A stretch of 64,000 nucleotides of DNA, from assembly GCA_964016885.1 (NCBI GenBank), contig OZ024741.1:61194001-61258000 (forward strand). Reading direction: 5' to 3'. The position numbers and the translations under genes are program-made. The number at the start of each line of letters is the position of its first letter. The first letter of the stretch is position 1. Of the stretch, positions 1-11,958 are shown in pieces. The notes under the pieces are model-generated. The model was not told the origin of the DNA and made no database searches. It saw only the letters and a program-made list of their open reading frames with translations. This DNA comes from Eledone cirrhosa. Its lineage: Eukaryota.

Positions 1-225
1 AGTAATGGGGCTGCACCCCACGGACAAGACCGCAAAAGCATTCCCACGGATTATAGCCAGCGATACCCGCTGCAACAGCCATCCCACCTCGCGGGGCACC
101 TTCCTCAGAAGGGCCAACGACGTTCTGGTGTTGCGGAGGAGCTGAGCAGTGCGGAGTTCAAGTACGCCTCAGGTCTCGACGTCGACTAGTGCGAAGAGGA
201 AACGGCTGAACATTCCCTGGTCAAT
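1..225 (-). mobile_element. 3' fragment of a CRE-type (restriction-like endonuclease) non-LTR retrotransposon, degenerate
   Basis: Minus strand translates to ...RFLFALVDVET*GVLELRTAQLLRNT...PREVGWLLQRVSLAIIRGNAFAVL, matching the C-terminal ET.G...L.QR.S.A..RGNA signature of RLE-type LINEs; internal stop; GC-rich relative to flanks. Confidence 0.65.
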
Positions 226-499
226 CCTAAGGTCAGAATAGAAGTCACCTGTCCAAATTGCTGTGTAACAGACCTGAACCCAGATCAGATGTTTGCGAAG
301 AAAACTTCTTAACCACAGCCATGCCACCTACGTTAGCTTCTGTAGTCAGTTACCTTATACCTTATGTTGATTAAGTGGTGAATTATTTGATATCCTATCC
401 AACAGCGTCTATTGATCGAACAGATTCATAAATCGAACGCCTTGTGGCTATGTACAACAGTATCACGTAATGTGTTTGTTTACAAACAACTTCCACACG

Positions 500-520
500 T
501 ATACATACACACATACACAC

Positions 521-551
<31 letters not shown>

Positions 552-631
552 CATACATACATACATACATACATACATACATACATACAGAAATTTGCAT
601 GCAAGCATTCTATATATATATATGAATAGTT

Positions 632-676
<45 letters not shown>

Positions 677-761
677 AAATATATAAAATGTATGTATATG
701 TAGTATAACGATATATATGAATACATATATAGTTATACTACATATACATACACATATAAGT

Positions 762-833
<72 letters not shown>

Positions 834-895
834 GTGTGTGTGTATGTGCACAATATATATATTTGAATGTCTGTCTATATATATATGTATGCATA

Positions 896-961
<66 letters not shown>

Positions 962-997
962 CATATATGTATATATATATATATGTATATACATACA

Positions 998-1043
<46 letters not shown>

Positions 1044-1060
1044 CATACACATATATATAT

Positions 1061-1098
<38 letters not shown>

Positions 1099-1488
1099 AT
1101 ACACAACGTGCACACACCACATTCATTCAGAGAAATATGAAGATGATATAGCAGTATTTGTTGAGAACTTTTATATAAGTTCTATTTCCTCAGAAGCAAT
1201 ACATTCAGTATGTTTAGAATTGCACTTTCTCGTAATTTTATCATTTTCATGTTTTCAGAACACTTCAACACGAAGGCAATTATTAATAGTTAGAGTTATC
1301 TATTGAAATAATCAGTCAATAGTTTCTATGATATATCTAAATCTGCAAATCCTTCATCTTTCTCTTTATGTGTGTACGTGTATAAACGTATATATATATA
1401 TATGGAAAGAGAGAATATATATATACATATACTTATACCTACATACCCCCTCCCCACACACACACACATATATATATATATGTATATA

Positions 1489-1550
<62 letters not shown>

Positions 1551-1556
1551 TATATA

Positions 1557-1644
<88 letters not shown>

Positions 1645-1765
1645 AAAAGACAGAGAACAATCAACCCTTGTTAGCTGGGAAAGTGGACGTTAAAACGTTG
1701 ATGACAATGATGATATCTCTATATATATGTATATGTATATATATATGTATATATATATATATATA

Positions 1766-1810
<45 letters not shown>
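500..1810. repeat. Compound microsatellite field (TACA)n, (CA)n, (TA)n, (GA)n
   Basis: Directly visible; source of the YIYI/THTH/RERE ORFs. Confidence 0.95.
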
Positions 1811-1814
<4 letters not shown>

Positions 1815-2183
1815 GAATAAAAACAATGAATAAAAACAAAGAAACAGTTCCTTATATTAAAAAATTCATCATTTTACGATCGTTTCTAGGATATATATGT
1901 GTGTGTTGGTATGTATATCATATAGATCTATGTAAAACTTTTACAAACTATCAGAGGGAATATACATACCTACACATATATATGCTGTCTTCAGAAATAA
2001 TTTTTCTGAAGACAGCATATATATGTGTAGGTATGTATATTCCCTCTGATAGTTTGTAAAAGTTTTACATAGATCTATATGATATACATACCAACACACA
2101 CATATATATCCTAGAAACGATCGTAAAATGATGAATTTTTTAATATAAGGAACTGTGTCTTTGTTTTTATTCATTGTTTTTAT
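1811..2183. repeat. Near-perfect ~370-bp fold-back palindrome centred at ~2000 (PLE-type inverted terminus)
   Basis: 1811-1997 is the reverse complement of ~2003-2183; flanked on the left by (TA)n. Confidence 0.9.
1868..2001 (-). ncRNA. Type I hammerhead ribozyme motif with ~100-nt stem II
   Basis: Minus strand: stem I AUUAUUU / AAAUGAU, core CUGAAGA, long AU-rich stem II (AUAUAUAUGUGU..GGUAUGUAUAU / AUAUACAUACC..ACACAUAUAUAU), GAAAC-GAUC-GUA; stem III is the palindrome ACGAUCGU. The mirror copy on + (2003-2128) has a shorter stem I. Confidence 0.7.
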
Positions 2184-2314
2184 TAATTTATCTTGACTCT
2201 GTTTTCCTGTGATTTTCATCGAAAAAAATTTTGAATACATCTTTTCTTTTCATGATTACATTGAGTTCTTCATACGGAATGGACACTACCGTATATTTTG
2301 GTAGATTTATCTAC

Positions 2315-2375
<61 letters not shown>

Positions 2376-2404
2376 CGTATGTATATATACATATGTATAT
2401 ACAT

Positions 2405-2470
<66 letters not shown>

Positions 2471-2474
<4 letters not shown>

Positions 2475-3648
2475 ATAATAATAAAATTGAAGACTAAAAT
2501 CCAAAGAGGGCTCGATGAGGAAAATATATATCAAATATATAAGAACCGAAGAGCAAATATTTATTAAAATAACAGATTAAAGTTTATAAGTCAATAGAGT
2601 GCTCAATCTGTTATTTTAATAAATATTTGCTCTTCGGTTCTTATATATTTGTTATATATTTTCCTTATCGAGCCCTCTTTGGATTTTAGTCTTCAATTTT
2701 ATTATTATTACTATTTGGCTCCTTCGGTTGAGCACTCTATTGACTTATAAACTTTAATCTGTTATTTTAATAAATATTTGCTCTTCGGTTCTTATATATT
2801 TGATATATATTTTCCTTATCGAGCCCTCTTTGGATTTTAGTCTTCAATTTTATTATTATTACTATTTGGCTCCTTCGGTTGAGCACTCTATTGACTTATA
2901 AACTTTAATCTGTTATTTTAATAAATATTTGCTCTTCGGTTCTTATATATTTGATATATATTTTCTTTATCGAGCCCTCTTTGGATTTTAGTCTTCAATT
3001 TTATTATTATTACTATTTGGCTCCTTCGGTTGAGCACTCTATTGACTTATAAACTTTAATCTGTTATTTTAATAAATATTTGCTCTTCGGTTCTTATATA
3101 TTTGATATATATTTTCCTTATCGAGCCCTCTTTGGATTTTAGTCTTCAATTTTATTATTATTACTATTTGGCTCCTTCGGTTGAGCACTCTATTGACTTA
3201 TAAACTTTAATCTGTTATTTTAATAAATATTTACTTTTCGGTTCTTATATATTTGATATATATTTTCCTTATCGAGCCCTCTTTGGTTTTAGTCTTCAAT
3301 TTTATTATTATTACTATTTGGCTCCTTCGGTTGAGCACTCTATTGACTTATAAACTTTAATCTGTTATTTTAATAAATATTTGCTCTTCGGTTCTTATAT
3401 ATTTGATATATATTTTCCTTATCGAGCCCTCTTTGGTTTTAGTCTTCAATTTTATTATTATTACTATTTGGCTCCTTCGGTTGAGCACTCTATTGACTTA
3501 TAAACTTTAATCTGTTATTTTAATAAATATTTGCTCTTCGGTTCTTATATATTTGATATATATTTTCCTTATCGAGCCCTCTTTGGATTTTAGTCTTCAA
3601 TTTTATTATTATTACTATTTGGCTCCTTCGGTTGAGCACTCTATTGAC

Positions 3649-3650
<2 letters not shown>
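2471..3650. repeat. ~7 x 150-151 bp near-identical tandem array preceded by one inverted partial unit, embedded in (TA)n
   Basis: AATAAATATT anchor at 2618, 2769, 2920, 3071, 3222, 3372, 3522; 2471-2606 is the reverse complement of the unit. Confidence 0.95.
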
Positions 3651-3723
<73 letters not shown>

Positions 3724-4979
3724 ACTCACATGATATATTATATTTACACACAATATATTATCTAATTTTGGTGTCAAGAGATCACTGGCTAATAATATAG
3801 CTTCCATTTGTATTAAATCAAGTTATAACGGTAATTCAGTTAACTATTTATGGCTGGTGTACCACCAACACGAAAGGGCTGATTACTATTAAACTTTCGC
3901 TCCTTTCAATTTTCCTTAAAACCTTTTATTGTAGTAAAGATACTTCTGCACTAACTCTAATCGACACTATTTTTTTTTACAGATCTTAAAGTCCTTGACA
4001 AAGTTTTAAGTGGTGTTATCTATATGAAGATGGAGATGAAACTATTTTGCCCCCGTTTAGCCATGTATATGTAGAGAAATTATAAATTTTATCTATACAA
4101 TTATTTTGATGTTCATTCGGAATATTTCAAATTATTACATTTTTATTCAAAACGTTATTTTGTCATTTTCGAAATTAGACACTAAACTATAGTTGAATTC
4201 AAAGGAAATATGTTTAACTGATTAAAAGATGTGACAGTCATTACATCATTCACAAAAATATAATGTTTCCGTTTGTCTATTCATTATTGATACTATTTGC
4301 AAGTCAGAAATTGTGAAGAAATTTAACATCTTTAAACTTTACTATGTATTTATAATTTTGAAAATGTAGACATTGAAATGTAGTACATTGAAAACAGTCA
4401 AAATTACCTAAATTACCTATTTTAACAAATGAAAAACTGATTAGGAATCTATCTGAGTATATTTTAGTACAGAACAATTTAAGAAAGCTGGATGAAAATA
4501 CCCAAAGTAGCACTTTTCTATCAGGTGTGTTATATACGGTAAAACCTGTAAAGTTTTCAACATTCCAGATATAGGGATGTATTATCATAATAGCTGCAGG
4601 ACTTGCACAAACAATGCAAATGAAAACACACTCACATAAAAAGACTTTGGGGAGAAACAAGACACAAAAACATGAACACACACACAAACATACAAAGAAC
4701 ACACATACACATTTGCATGCCAAACACAAGTTTGTGGAGGTAGCAGAATATAAAGACAAAACATACAAAGAAAAGATGGAGGAAGTAAAGTGAAATCCAA
4801 ATGAAGAGAGACACCATATGAGCAGGAACAAGCATTAAGAATGTCACAGAATGTGTGACAAAAGCGCTTGGACAATTACATAACCATCAGTTTCCTAACC
4901 AATGAATGCATTAGTTAGCCGATTAATATTAAAAGCGAAGTGAAACTCACTTTGTGTGTGTGTGTGTGTGTGTGTGTAT

Positions 4980-5098
4980 GAAGTAAACAGAAATAACAAA
5001 GCAAAGGAGACAGTATATTGAAGAAATATATTAGTTTAACCCTTGAAATAATAGGAAAAGAGTCTTAACATTTCGGATCCTAATCCTTCTTCTGGTGA
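4980..5098 (-). mobile_element. PLE-type 3' terminus with degenerate minimal hammerhead (same family as 22623 and 39018)
   Basis: Minus strand CAGAAGA-AGGA..UCC-GAAAUGUU-AAGACUC followed by the same tail as 22655-22745 and 39050-39140; core U4 mutated. Confidence 0.6.
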
Positions 5099-5544
5099 TA
5101 GAATTAGAAATAAAAGATGAAATAGAAAGATAAAGATTGAAAGAACGGAAAATTTTGAGAAAAAATCACGTGTGCGTATTCAGTCGGCCATTTTGGAGAG
5201 ATGCTAGTCAGTGGGTATCTTAGGTATTACAGAGGTTTAGGAAGGGAGATAATAATTGTATATTTGGGGTGGGCATGTCTGTATGCGTGCGTGCATGTGT
5301 GTATGTGTGTGCGTGCGAGTGTGAGCGCATGTAGGTGTGTTCGTATGTTTGAAGGATGGGCGTTGGGTCATGACAGGCTGGCTGCTGTGAGAGTGTGCAT
5401 GTGTGAGTAAGTGTAAGCGTGTGAACTGACCAACGTAGGGGGATTTACAAAAATGTATATGAATTTCTACATATATATATATACATAGCAACCGTCGAGT
5501 GGAGCTGAGTAGAAAAGGAGGTGGTAATGAATATGATCGTTGCT

Positions 5545-6130
5545 TTATATTTCATTGAATCCTTTCGGAAAAGTAATTCCAATGCGAAAGATTAAGTTCT
5601 GCTCGGTCCTGGTGCAAGTGGCTGTGAATCCCTGGTGTAATATGAGGCCTGAGACAGTGAGGTGTTGAGTAGAGTGGTTGAGGGAACGGATGTGACAAGC
5701 GACAGAAGTGGCTTTACCTAGTCGCATAGCCTTCGGGTGTTCGGCGAATCGGTCCGCCAAACGGCGGCGTGTTTGTTCAATGTATATTGGACCTGGAAAG
5801 GGAACACCGAAGGATATAGACGACATTGGTGTAGGCGCACGTGAAGGAGTGGTGAATGTAAAAAGAATGGTTCGTACCAGTGAGGGTGTTGAGGTGTGTT
5901 ATGTAAGCACAGGTATTACAGCGGGGCGGGAACAAGGACGAGAGCCAGGTGGAGTCATAGGGGAGGGGGAAAGAACTGTGCACTAGAAGGTCATAGAGAT
6001 TCCGAGCGCGTTTAAAGGCAGTGATGGGTGAGTTGGGAAAGAAGCGAGAAGTGACGAGATTAGAAACAAGGATTCGGAAGCATTGAAGGATGCGTTGATT
6101 GGGGGTTGCCAGTCTAAACTCCCCAGAGCA
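5545..6130 (-). mobile_element. Penelope-like element (Neptune-like) linker + GIY-YIG endonuclease fragment, frameshifted
   Basis: FKRARNLYDLLVHS..PRCNTC..FTCAYTNVVYILRC / YIEQTRRRLADRFAEH..VACH..H..EQNLIFRIG..PKGFN; homologous to 17685-18182. Confidence 0.85.
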
Positions 6131-6465
6131 TTGTTCAGTAAAGTACTCGATACTTAGGAAAGTAAAGTAGAGTGAAGGTGTTGCACTCACCATCAAAATG
6201 GCAAGAGCATGGCCGCCGGGCAGTAACTCTTACAATATATATATATATATAAGTATGTATACGTACATACATATATGTATACAGACGTACAGTAGTATGT
6301 ATATATATATATATATACATACATGCACACATATATATATATGCACGTATGGATTCACCGAACATTTATTATAATGCTCGGTGTGTTTGTAAACAAACAT
6401 CCCGAATTAAGCCGTACAGTGTCTAGCAACCATCGTTGCTCATTTGTTCAACACTGACAAAGGAA

Positions 6466-6506
6466 CGCTGTACTAGTTTCAAGCTTATTAGCTATCGTCA
6501 GCAACG
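6466..6506 (-). ncRNA. Minimal type I hammerhead ribozyme
   Basis: Stem I CGUUG/CAGCG, core CUGACGA, stem II AGC-UAAUAA-GCU, GAAAC-UA-GUA; palindromic stem III ACUAGU. Confidence 0.8.
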
Positions 6507-7054
6507 TATACCATCCTGCCAGATGGTTGAACGTCTGAAAGTATATACTTTCCTTATGCATATTAACGGCTGAGCAGCCTAATTTGCATATCGAGTGAGT
6601 TAATCGGCCGGGGTATCGAAAACGATAAACGGAAAAAAAGAAACGAAATTTCATTTCTCACTCTTAGCTCGGCTGTTACTTAAATATAAGTATGTATACG
6701 TACATACATATATGTATACAGACGTACAGTAGTATGTATATATATATATATACATACATGCACACATATATATATGTACGTATGGATTCACCGAACAATT
6801 ATTATAATGCTCGGTGTGTTTGTTAATACTACTGTACGTCTGTATACATATATGTATGTACGTATACATATTTATATTTAAATAACAGCCGTGCTAAGAG
6901 TGAGAAATGAAATTTCGTTTCATTTTTTCCGTTTATTGTTTTTGATACCCCGGCCGATTAACTCACTCGATATGCAAATTAGGCTGCTCAGCCGTTAATA
7001 TGCATAAGGAAAGTATATACTTTCAGACGTTCAACCATCTGGCAGGAAGGTATA

Positions 7055-7095
7055 CGTTGTTGAGGATAGCTAATAAGTTTGAAACTAGTACAGCG
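7055..7095 (+). ncRNA. Mutated copy of the 6466-6506 hammerhead
   Basis: CGUUG-UUGAGGA-UAGCUAAUAAGUUU-GAAACUAGUA-CAGCG; C3 changed to U. Confidence 0.6.
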
Positions 7096-7354
7096 TTCCT
7101 TTGTCAGTGTTGAACAAATGAGCAACGATGGTTGCTAGACACTGTACGGCTTAATTCGGGATGTTTGTTTACAAACACACCGAGCAACAAATGTTCGGTG
7201 AATCCATACGTACATATATATATGTGTGCATGTATGTATATATATATACATACTACTGGACGTCTGTATACATATATGTATGTACGTATACATACTTATA
7301 TTTAAGTAACAGCCGTGCTAAGAGTGAGAAATGAAATTTCGTTTAATTTTTCCG

Positions 7355-7382
<28 letters not shown>

Positions 7383-7386
<4 letters not shown>

Positions 7387-8593
7387 GCTAACTTTCTAGT
7401 TGTAACATTAGACCTTAATTCTGGTTTGTATGAACCCTTTCATATGGTTAATGATAACCTGAACTACATCAACAAGTACTCGAACCACCCTAGATCTATC
7501 ATTAACTCCATAGTTGGTAATTGGTAATGTGTCTCGTAGGATCTCCAAACTGAATCCACTTTTAAAAAGTATGCGGATTACTATAATGTAGCCCTCCACA
7601 AGGTTGGCTATAATGAAAAATAAAATTCCATATCGACAAACCAGCCGAGAGACGAAGTTTTTACCTCACTAGATATTGGCAGCAATGTAGAACTTCAAAT
7701 TCTAAGGGCAGAAGCAATCGTGGAAAACCCTATTCAACCGTTAACTCTAAAAATGATTCGTTGTACAGTATAAAATCAAAGCACTCCCACCCCAGGTTCT
7801 ATTTGTGGTTTAATCCTCCACATAACAAACTAGTGAGCAATAAATTAGCTACGCAGTTCTTTAGATTGCTGGATGATGGTTTTCCTGCAACATACAGGTA
7901 CCATAAAATTCTGAACAGAAAAAGTCCTCCTATCCTACTCTACCACAGCCAACATTAGACGCTTCATAACAGAATTAAATAATAAACGCCTTCGAGACTT
8001 TGACAGTGACATACTACCTGGCCAGAAGCAGATCTCTGATTCTACAATCGGAACGACTATGAGTGCAATTTCCCACCCTCTCGGATAGACTTCATAACGT
8101 GTGTGCGAACCAAACGCTGCCTCCCCATATCACCCATAATATGGGTACGAATAATGACCTTATGCAGTATTTACGGACACAGTTTAACTGTCGGCGTCTC
8201 AACAGCTGTCCTTTAAAAGGAATGTGGATGCACAGGAATATGGTTTACCAATGTGTGGTTGAAACTAACTTAGGGATGTATAGATATGTAGGTGCAACTT
8301 CCAACTTTTTTAAGAAAAGATGGTAGGTGCACTCACATTTATTTTAGAACCCTAAGCTTAGTAATTCGACCGCCCTCGTCAAGAAGATCTGGGACTTGAA
8401 ATAGAACAACACGGATTATACTCTGTGTCCTGGTGCGTATTAATACCAGAATGAAAGACGCTCTTGTGACCTTTGTGTGATAGAGGTAATGGAAATTATG
8501 TCTAGCTCTGATCTGTTAAACTCTCGCCAGGACAGAATTTTTAATTGCCAACATAGGAATTTATGTACCTTCGCCAGGTACCACTCAGATTAG
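7383..8593 (+). mobile_element. Penelope-like element (probably Naiad-like), RT thumb to GIY-YIG, degenerate
   Basis: NFLVVTLDLN..NYINKYSNHP; WFNPP..FFRLLDDGFP..YHKILNR; NCRRLNSCPLKG..VYQCVV..YVGATSNFFKKRW; STAL..IWDLK; CDLC..E; LLNSR..CQHR. Confidence 0.8.
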
Positions 8594-9053
8594 TATAATT
8601 CCTTTCTCCTATCTAGATGTCCTACACCTGTAATATATTTTCTTTATATCCCTTTAACTGCATAAATTAAACTTTAATTTTTCCTCTTTCACTAGCATTA
8701 GATTCGATCCTACATTTCATTTTCTACCTTACATTTTCTCCTGCACAATCTCTAATTTTTAGTATCTTAAGTCGCCAATTTTTTCATAAATTAGCTGACC
8801 AATTTATCCTTTGATTTATGGCAGTCTGGTAAAAAAAACATTTATCACTGCCATCAACTTTTAGACACTTCGACCAGGGAAATGCATCCCCCTTCCTATT
8901 TTTTTCACTGACGTATTACTTACTCGCTGCTTAACTATATATTCTGTTAACAAGTCTCCTTTATGGGTGTACATCCATACATATGTGTAGTATAGATGTG
9001 TACAGGTGTATGTATGTAAGAGTGTATATACAAGTGTGAAGATATATATATAT

Positions 9054-9094
<41 letters not shown>

Positions 9095-9099
9095 GTGTA

Positions 9100-9154
<55 letters not shown>

Positions 9155-9182
9155 TGTGTATATATATATATATATATATATA

Positions 9183-9261
<79 letters not shown>

Positions 9262-9658
9262 GAAGGACTAACTTTATTCATATGTAACCCATTTGCAACC
9301 ACGCAGCACGTTTGTTTTCATATTCACATATATATATATATATACATATATAAATTTAGCGAGAATCGCATTTCGGCGAGTAGAAATTAGCGAAACGCAA
9401 CTTCCGATATGTGTTGGCAAGCGCTCCATGGACCAGAAGAGACCAGAGCAATAAAGGAGGTGTGGTAAGGAACCAGATGGACCATAACGCACCAGAGTAC
9501 TCAATACTTAGGGTAGTAGAGTTGGTTATAGGAAAATGTTTAACCCCGACGGCAGAGCTCAAGCCGTTTCGACAGGTATTTCTGGACTAAATTAGAATTT
9601 TTAGCGTGTTAAATAAATAGCTATTTATTTACATAAATAGCTATTTATTAAACATTTT

Positions 9659-9725
<67 letters not shown>

Positions 9726-9814
9726 TGAAGTAAAAGTTAAGTGGAAATATCCAAGAGTAAGAGCACTCAGTCCATAGGACGAATTTAGTATAAACAATTA
9801 CAACAGTGACATAA

Positions 9815-9864
9815 ACAGGTACTCAAGTTTCGTTGGGTTCTGGACCCCAACTCATTCAGCCTGT
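9815..9864 (-). ncRNA. Type I hammerhead ribozyme with a 1-nt core insertion
   Basis: Stem I ACAGG/CCUGU, core CUGAAUGA, stem II GUUGGG/CCCAAC, GAAAC-UUGA-GUA; the tail runs into (TA)n at ~9722. Confidence 0.75.
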
Positions 9865-10213
9865 CATGAGAAAAATAAAAACAAAGATAGCCGCCTCGGG
9901 TTGATTGTGCTTTCCTTTTAGGAATATAATATAAGAGTTTACGCAGGGGCAAGTAATTTAGAAAAAGTTTAGAAAAAGGTTTCTTTTTTTAATTATAGGG
10001 TCAGATCAAGTGATGTAACTCTTGAGAGACCACAGGCAATTTTGAATGAAAATAAAAGCACAATAATTCCTTCTAGTTGACTCAAAAAATCCAATTTCAC
10101 TGAATTACAATATAGTCAGTAAATCAAAAGATATGTAACTGAATTATCCTAAAAAATTACCCGGCGAAGATTCGAAACCGAATCTAAGAGTTCTCGCACA
10201 TGGGACCACCTAT

Positions 10214-10660
10214 TGTTGGAAGTTCCCACCATTGTCTTGTCAAAGAGACAACGATGATAAACGTACATACCACTTGACCTGTGACCCTAGCTTGTAGACA
10301 GAGAAACACAGATGGCTGATCATAAATCAACTCCATATACACATCCTTCTAGCTATAGCATTATTATAAATACAAGGACTTGGGGAACCCGGCAACCAGA
10401 CCGGAAGCAGTAGTCCGTGAGATATAACGATGTAGACATCAGCAGACCTTTCACTCTATCTCTCTCTCTCCTGGCCCTACTGGCTTTCACCTTCTCGGCC
10501 ACAGACTACAGCCAGACAGCCAGACCGAAGCAATAGTCCTCGAGAGAATAAAGATGTAGCCAATTCACTTTTACTCTATATTTCTCTGCCGGCTACAGAC
10601 TACGCTAACAGACAAGAGACCGTGAAACAGCAGTTCTTGAGACGAATAACGTATACTAAG

Positions 10661-10719
<59 letters not shown>

Positions 10720-10946
10720 AGTAAGTTTCATCTATTCTTCCGTCTCCCTGTCATATTGTATCGTCGTATTGATACATGCATACACGCTAGTTCAAAGTAG
10801 CTAGCCAGCAAATAATATAGTGATAAATCATGTCATAAATATTATTACTCGATGTTCAAAGTGAATATTGTTATTGTAAAATAAACATTGTTAACACCAC
10901 AATTCTGGCATTATTCTTTTCATCATTCATCCACAAAAGAATAACA
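10214..10946 (+). mobile_element. Possible solo LTR
   Basis: TGTT...AACA termini, TATAAA near 10364, AATAAA near 10880, internal direct repeat CCAGACCG(G)AAGCA; target-site duplication imperfect (CCTAT/TTTAT). Confidence 0.3.
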
Positions 10947-11095
10947 TTTATCCACTACAGATACTTCTAGACCTGTTAGTCAGGCCTAAACCATTTATCC
11001 AAAATTTACTTCTTCACTTGGGAACAACCGCCAAAGAAATTGAGCTGTGTCTTGAGGCAGTGCTTATCTGAAGCTAAAATTGTGAGAGTAATCAC

Positions 11096-11167
<72 letters not shown>

Positions 11168-11175
<8 letters not shown>

Positions 11176-11958
11176 GACGTAAAATAAGAAAATTTAAAAA
11201 AAAATTAAAAATTAACTTACTTACTAAAATTTTCACTCCAGCTAATTAGTTTCTGTAATGGGATAAAGATAGTTACGTAATATAACCATCGAGAATTCAT
11301 TACGTCATCAGGGAGTCTATTCTCAGCTAAGTCTCCAGGCAATGCGCGGACACTAGGGACTCATATAAAAATAATAATAATTCGGTGGATGGAACAGCTA
11401 GCGGGGACTGGATTCCATGCACTGAAAAAGTTCGCTGTCTCTGGTCAAATGGCAGATTTTAAAGAATCAATCATGTGACACTGAGGCTAGTCGGAAGGAG
11501 TGGGCTGGTAAGATGACAGAAGCCTACTACCACACCAATGAATTAGTAGTGGTTTTGGCAGGTTTGCTCAACAAATAAATAATTTGGAGATAAATATAGA
11601 GAATTTAGTATATCTACCAACATATGCGTACAGATGTACACTAATGCTAGCAAATACATAAGTTATGTCATAGTACCTAGGTGGTTCAATGCAGGAGGAT
11701 GCAGAACAATAATATGAAAGACGTAAAATAAGAAAATTAAAAAAAAAATTAAAAATTAACTTACTTACTAAAATTTTCACTCCAGGAGTGAAAATTTTAG
11801 TAAGTTAATTTTTAATTTTTTTTTTTTATTTTCTTATTTTACGTCTTTCATATTATTGTTCTGCATCCTCCTGCATTGTACCACCTAGGTACTATGACAT
11901 AACTTATGTATTTGCTAGCATTAGTGTACATCTGTACGCATATGTTGGTAGATATACT

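Larger units (their letters stand above)
6240..7355. mobile_element. Non-coding HHR element, ~425-437 nt unit: partial tandem on (-) 6240-6822 fused to an inverted partial tandem on (+) 6825-7355
   Basis: AAGTATGTATACG repeats at 6251 and 6688; TACTACTG at 6827 and 7251; the two halves are reverse complements; (TA)n on both sides; no coding ORF. Confidence 0.85.

Noticed and set aside
412-1693. Many ORFs rich in YI/TH/RE/CV dipeptides (also at 9 kb, 11-13 kb, 25-31 kb, 62 kb)
   Set aside because: Translations of (TA)n, (CA)n and (GA)n microsatellites.
2486-2555. Hammerhead or SECIS in the 151-bp unit (TTGAAGA..GAAA; GCTC-GATGA..GAA-GAGC)
   Set aside because: No stem I pairing, no CUGA core, and GATGA is GATAA in the arrayed copies.
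2605-3650. CRISPR-like array
   Set aside because: Units are identical end to end with no unique spacers; eukaryotic context; no cas genes.
4304-4875. 175-aa Cys/Phe/Val-rich ORF
   Set aside because: Reverse complement of an A/C-rich repeat-derived tract; no recognisable domain or splice signals.
8180-8593. Selenocysteine recoding in the Naiad-like PLE
   Set aside because: Conserved Cys positions read TGT/TGC; the stops seen are TAG decay mutations.
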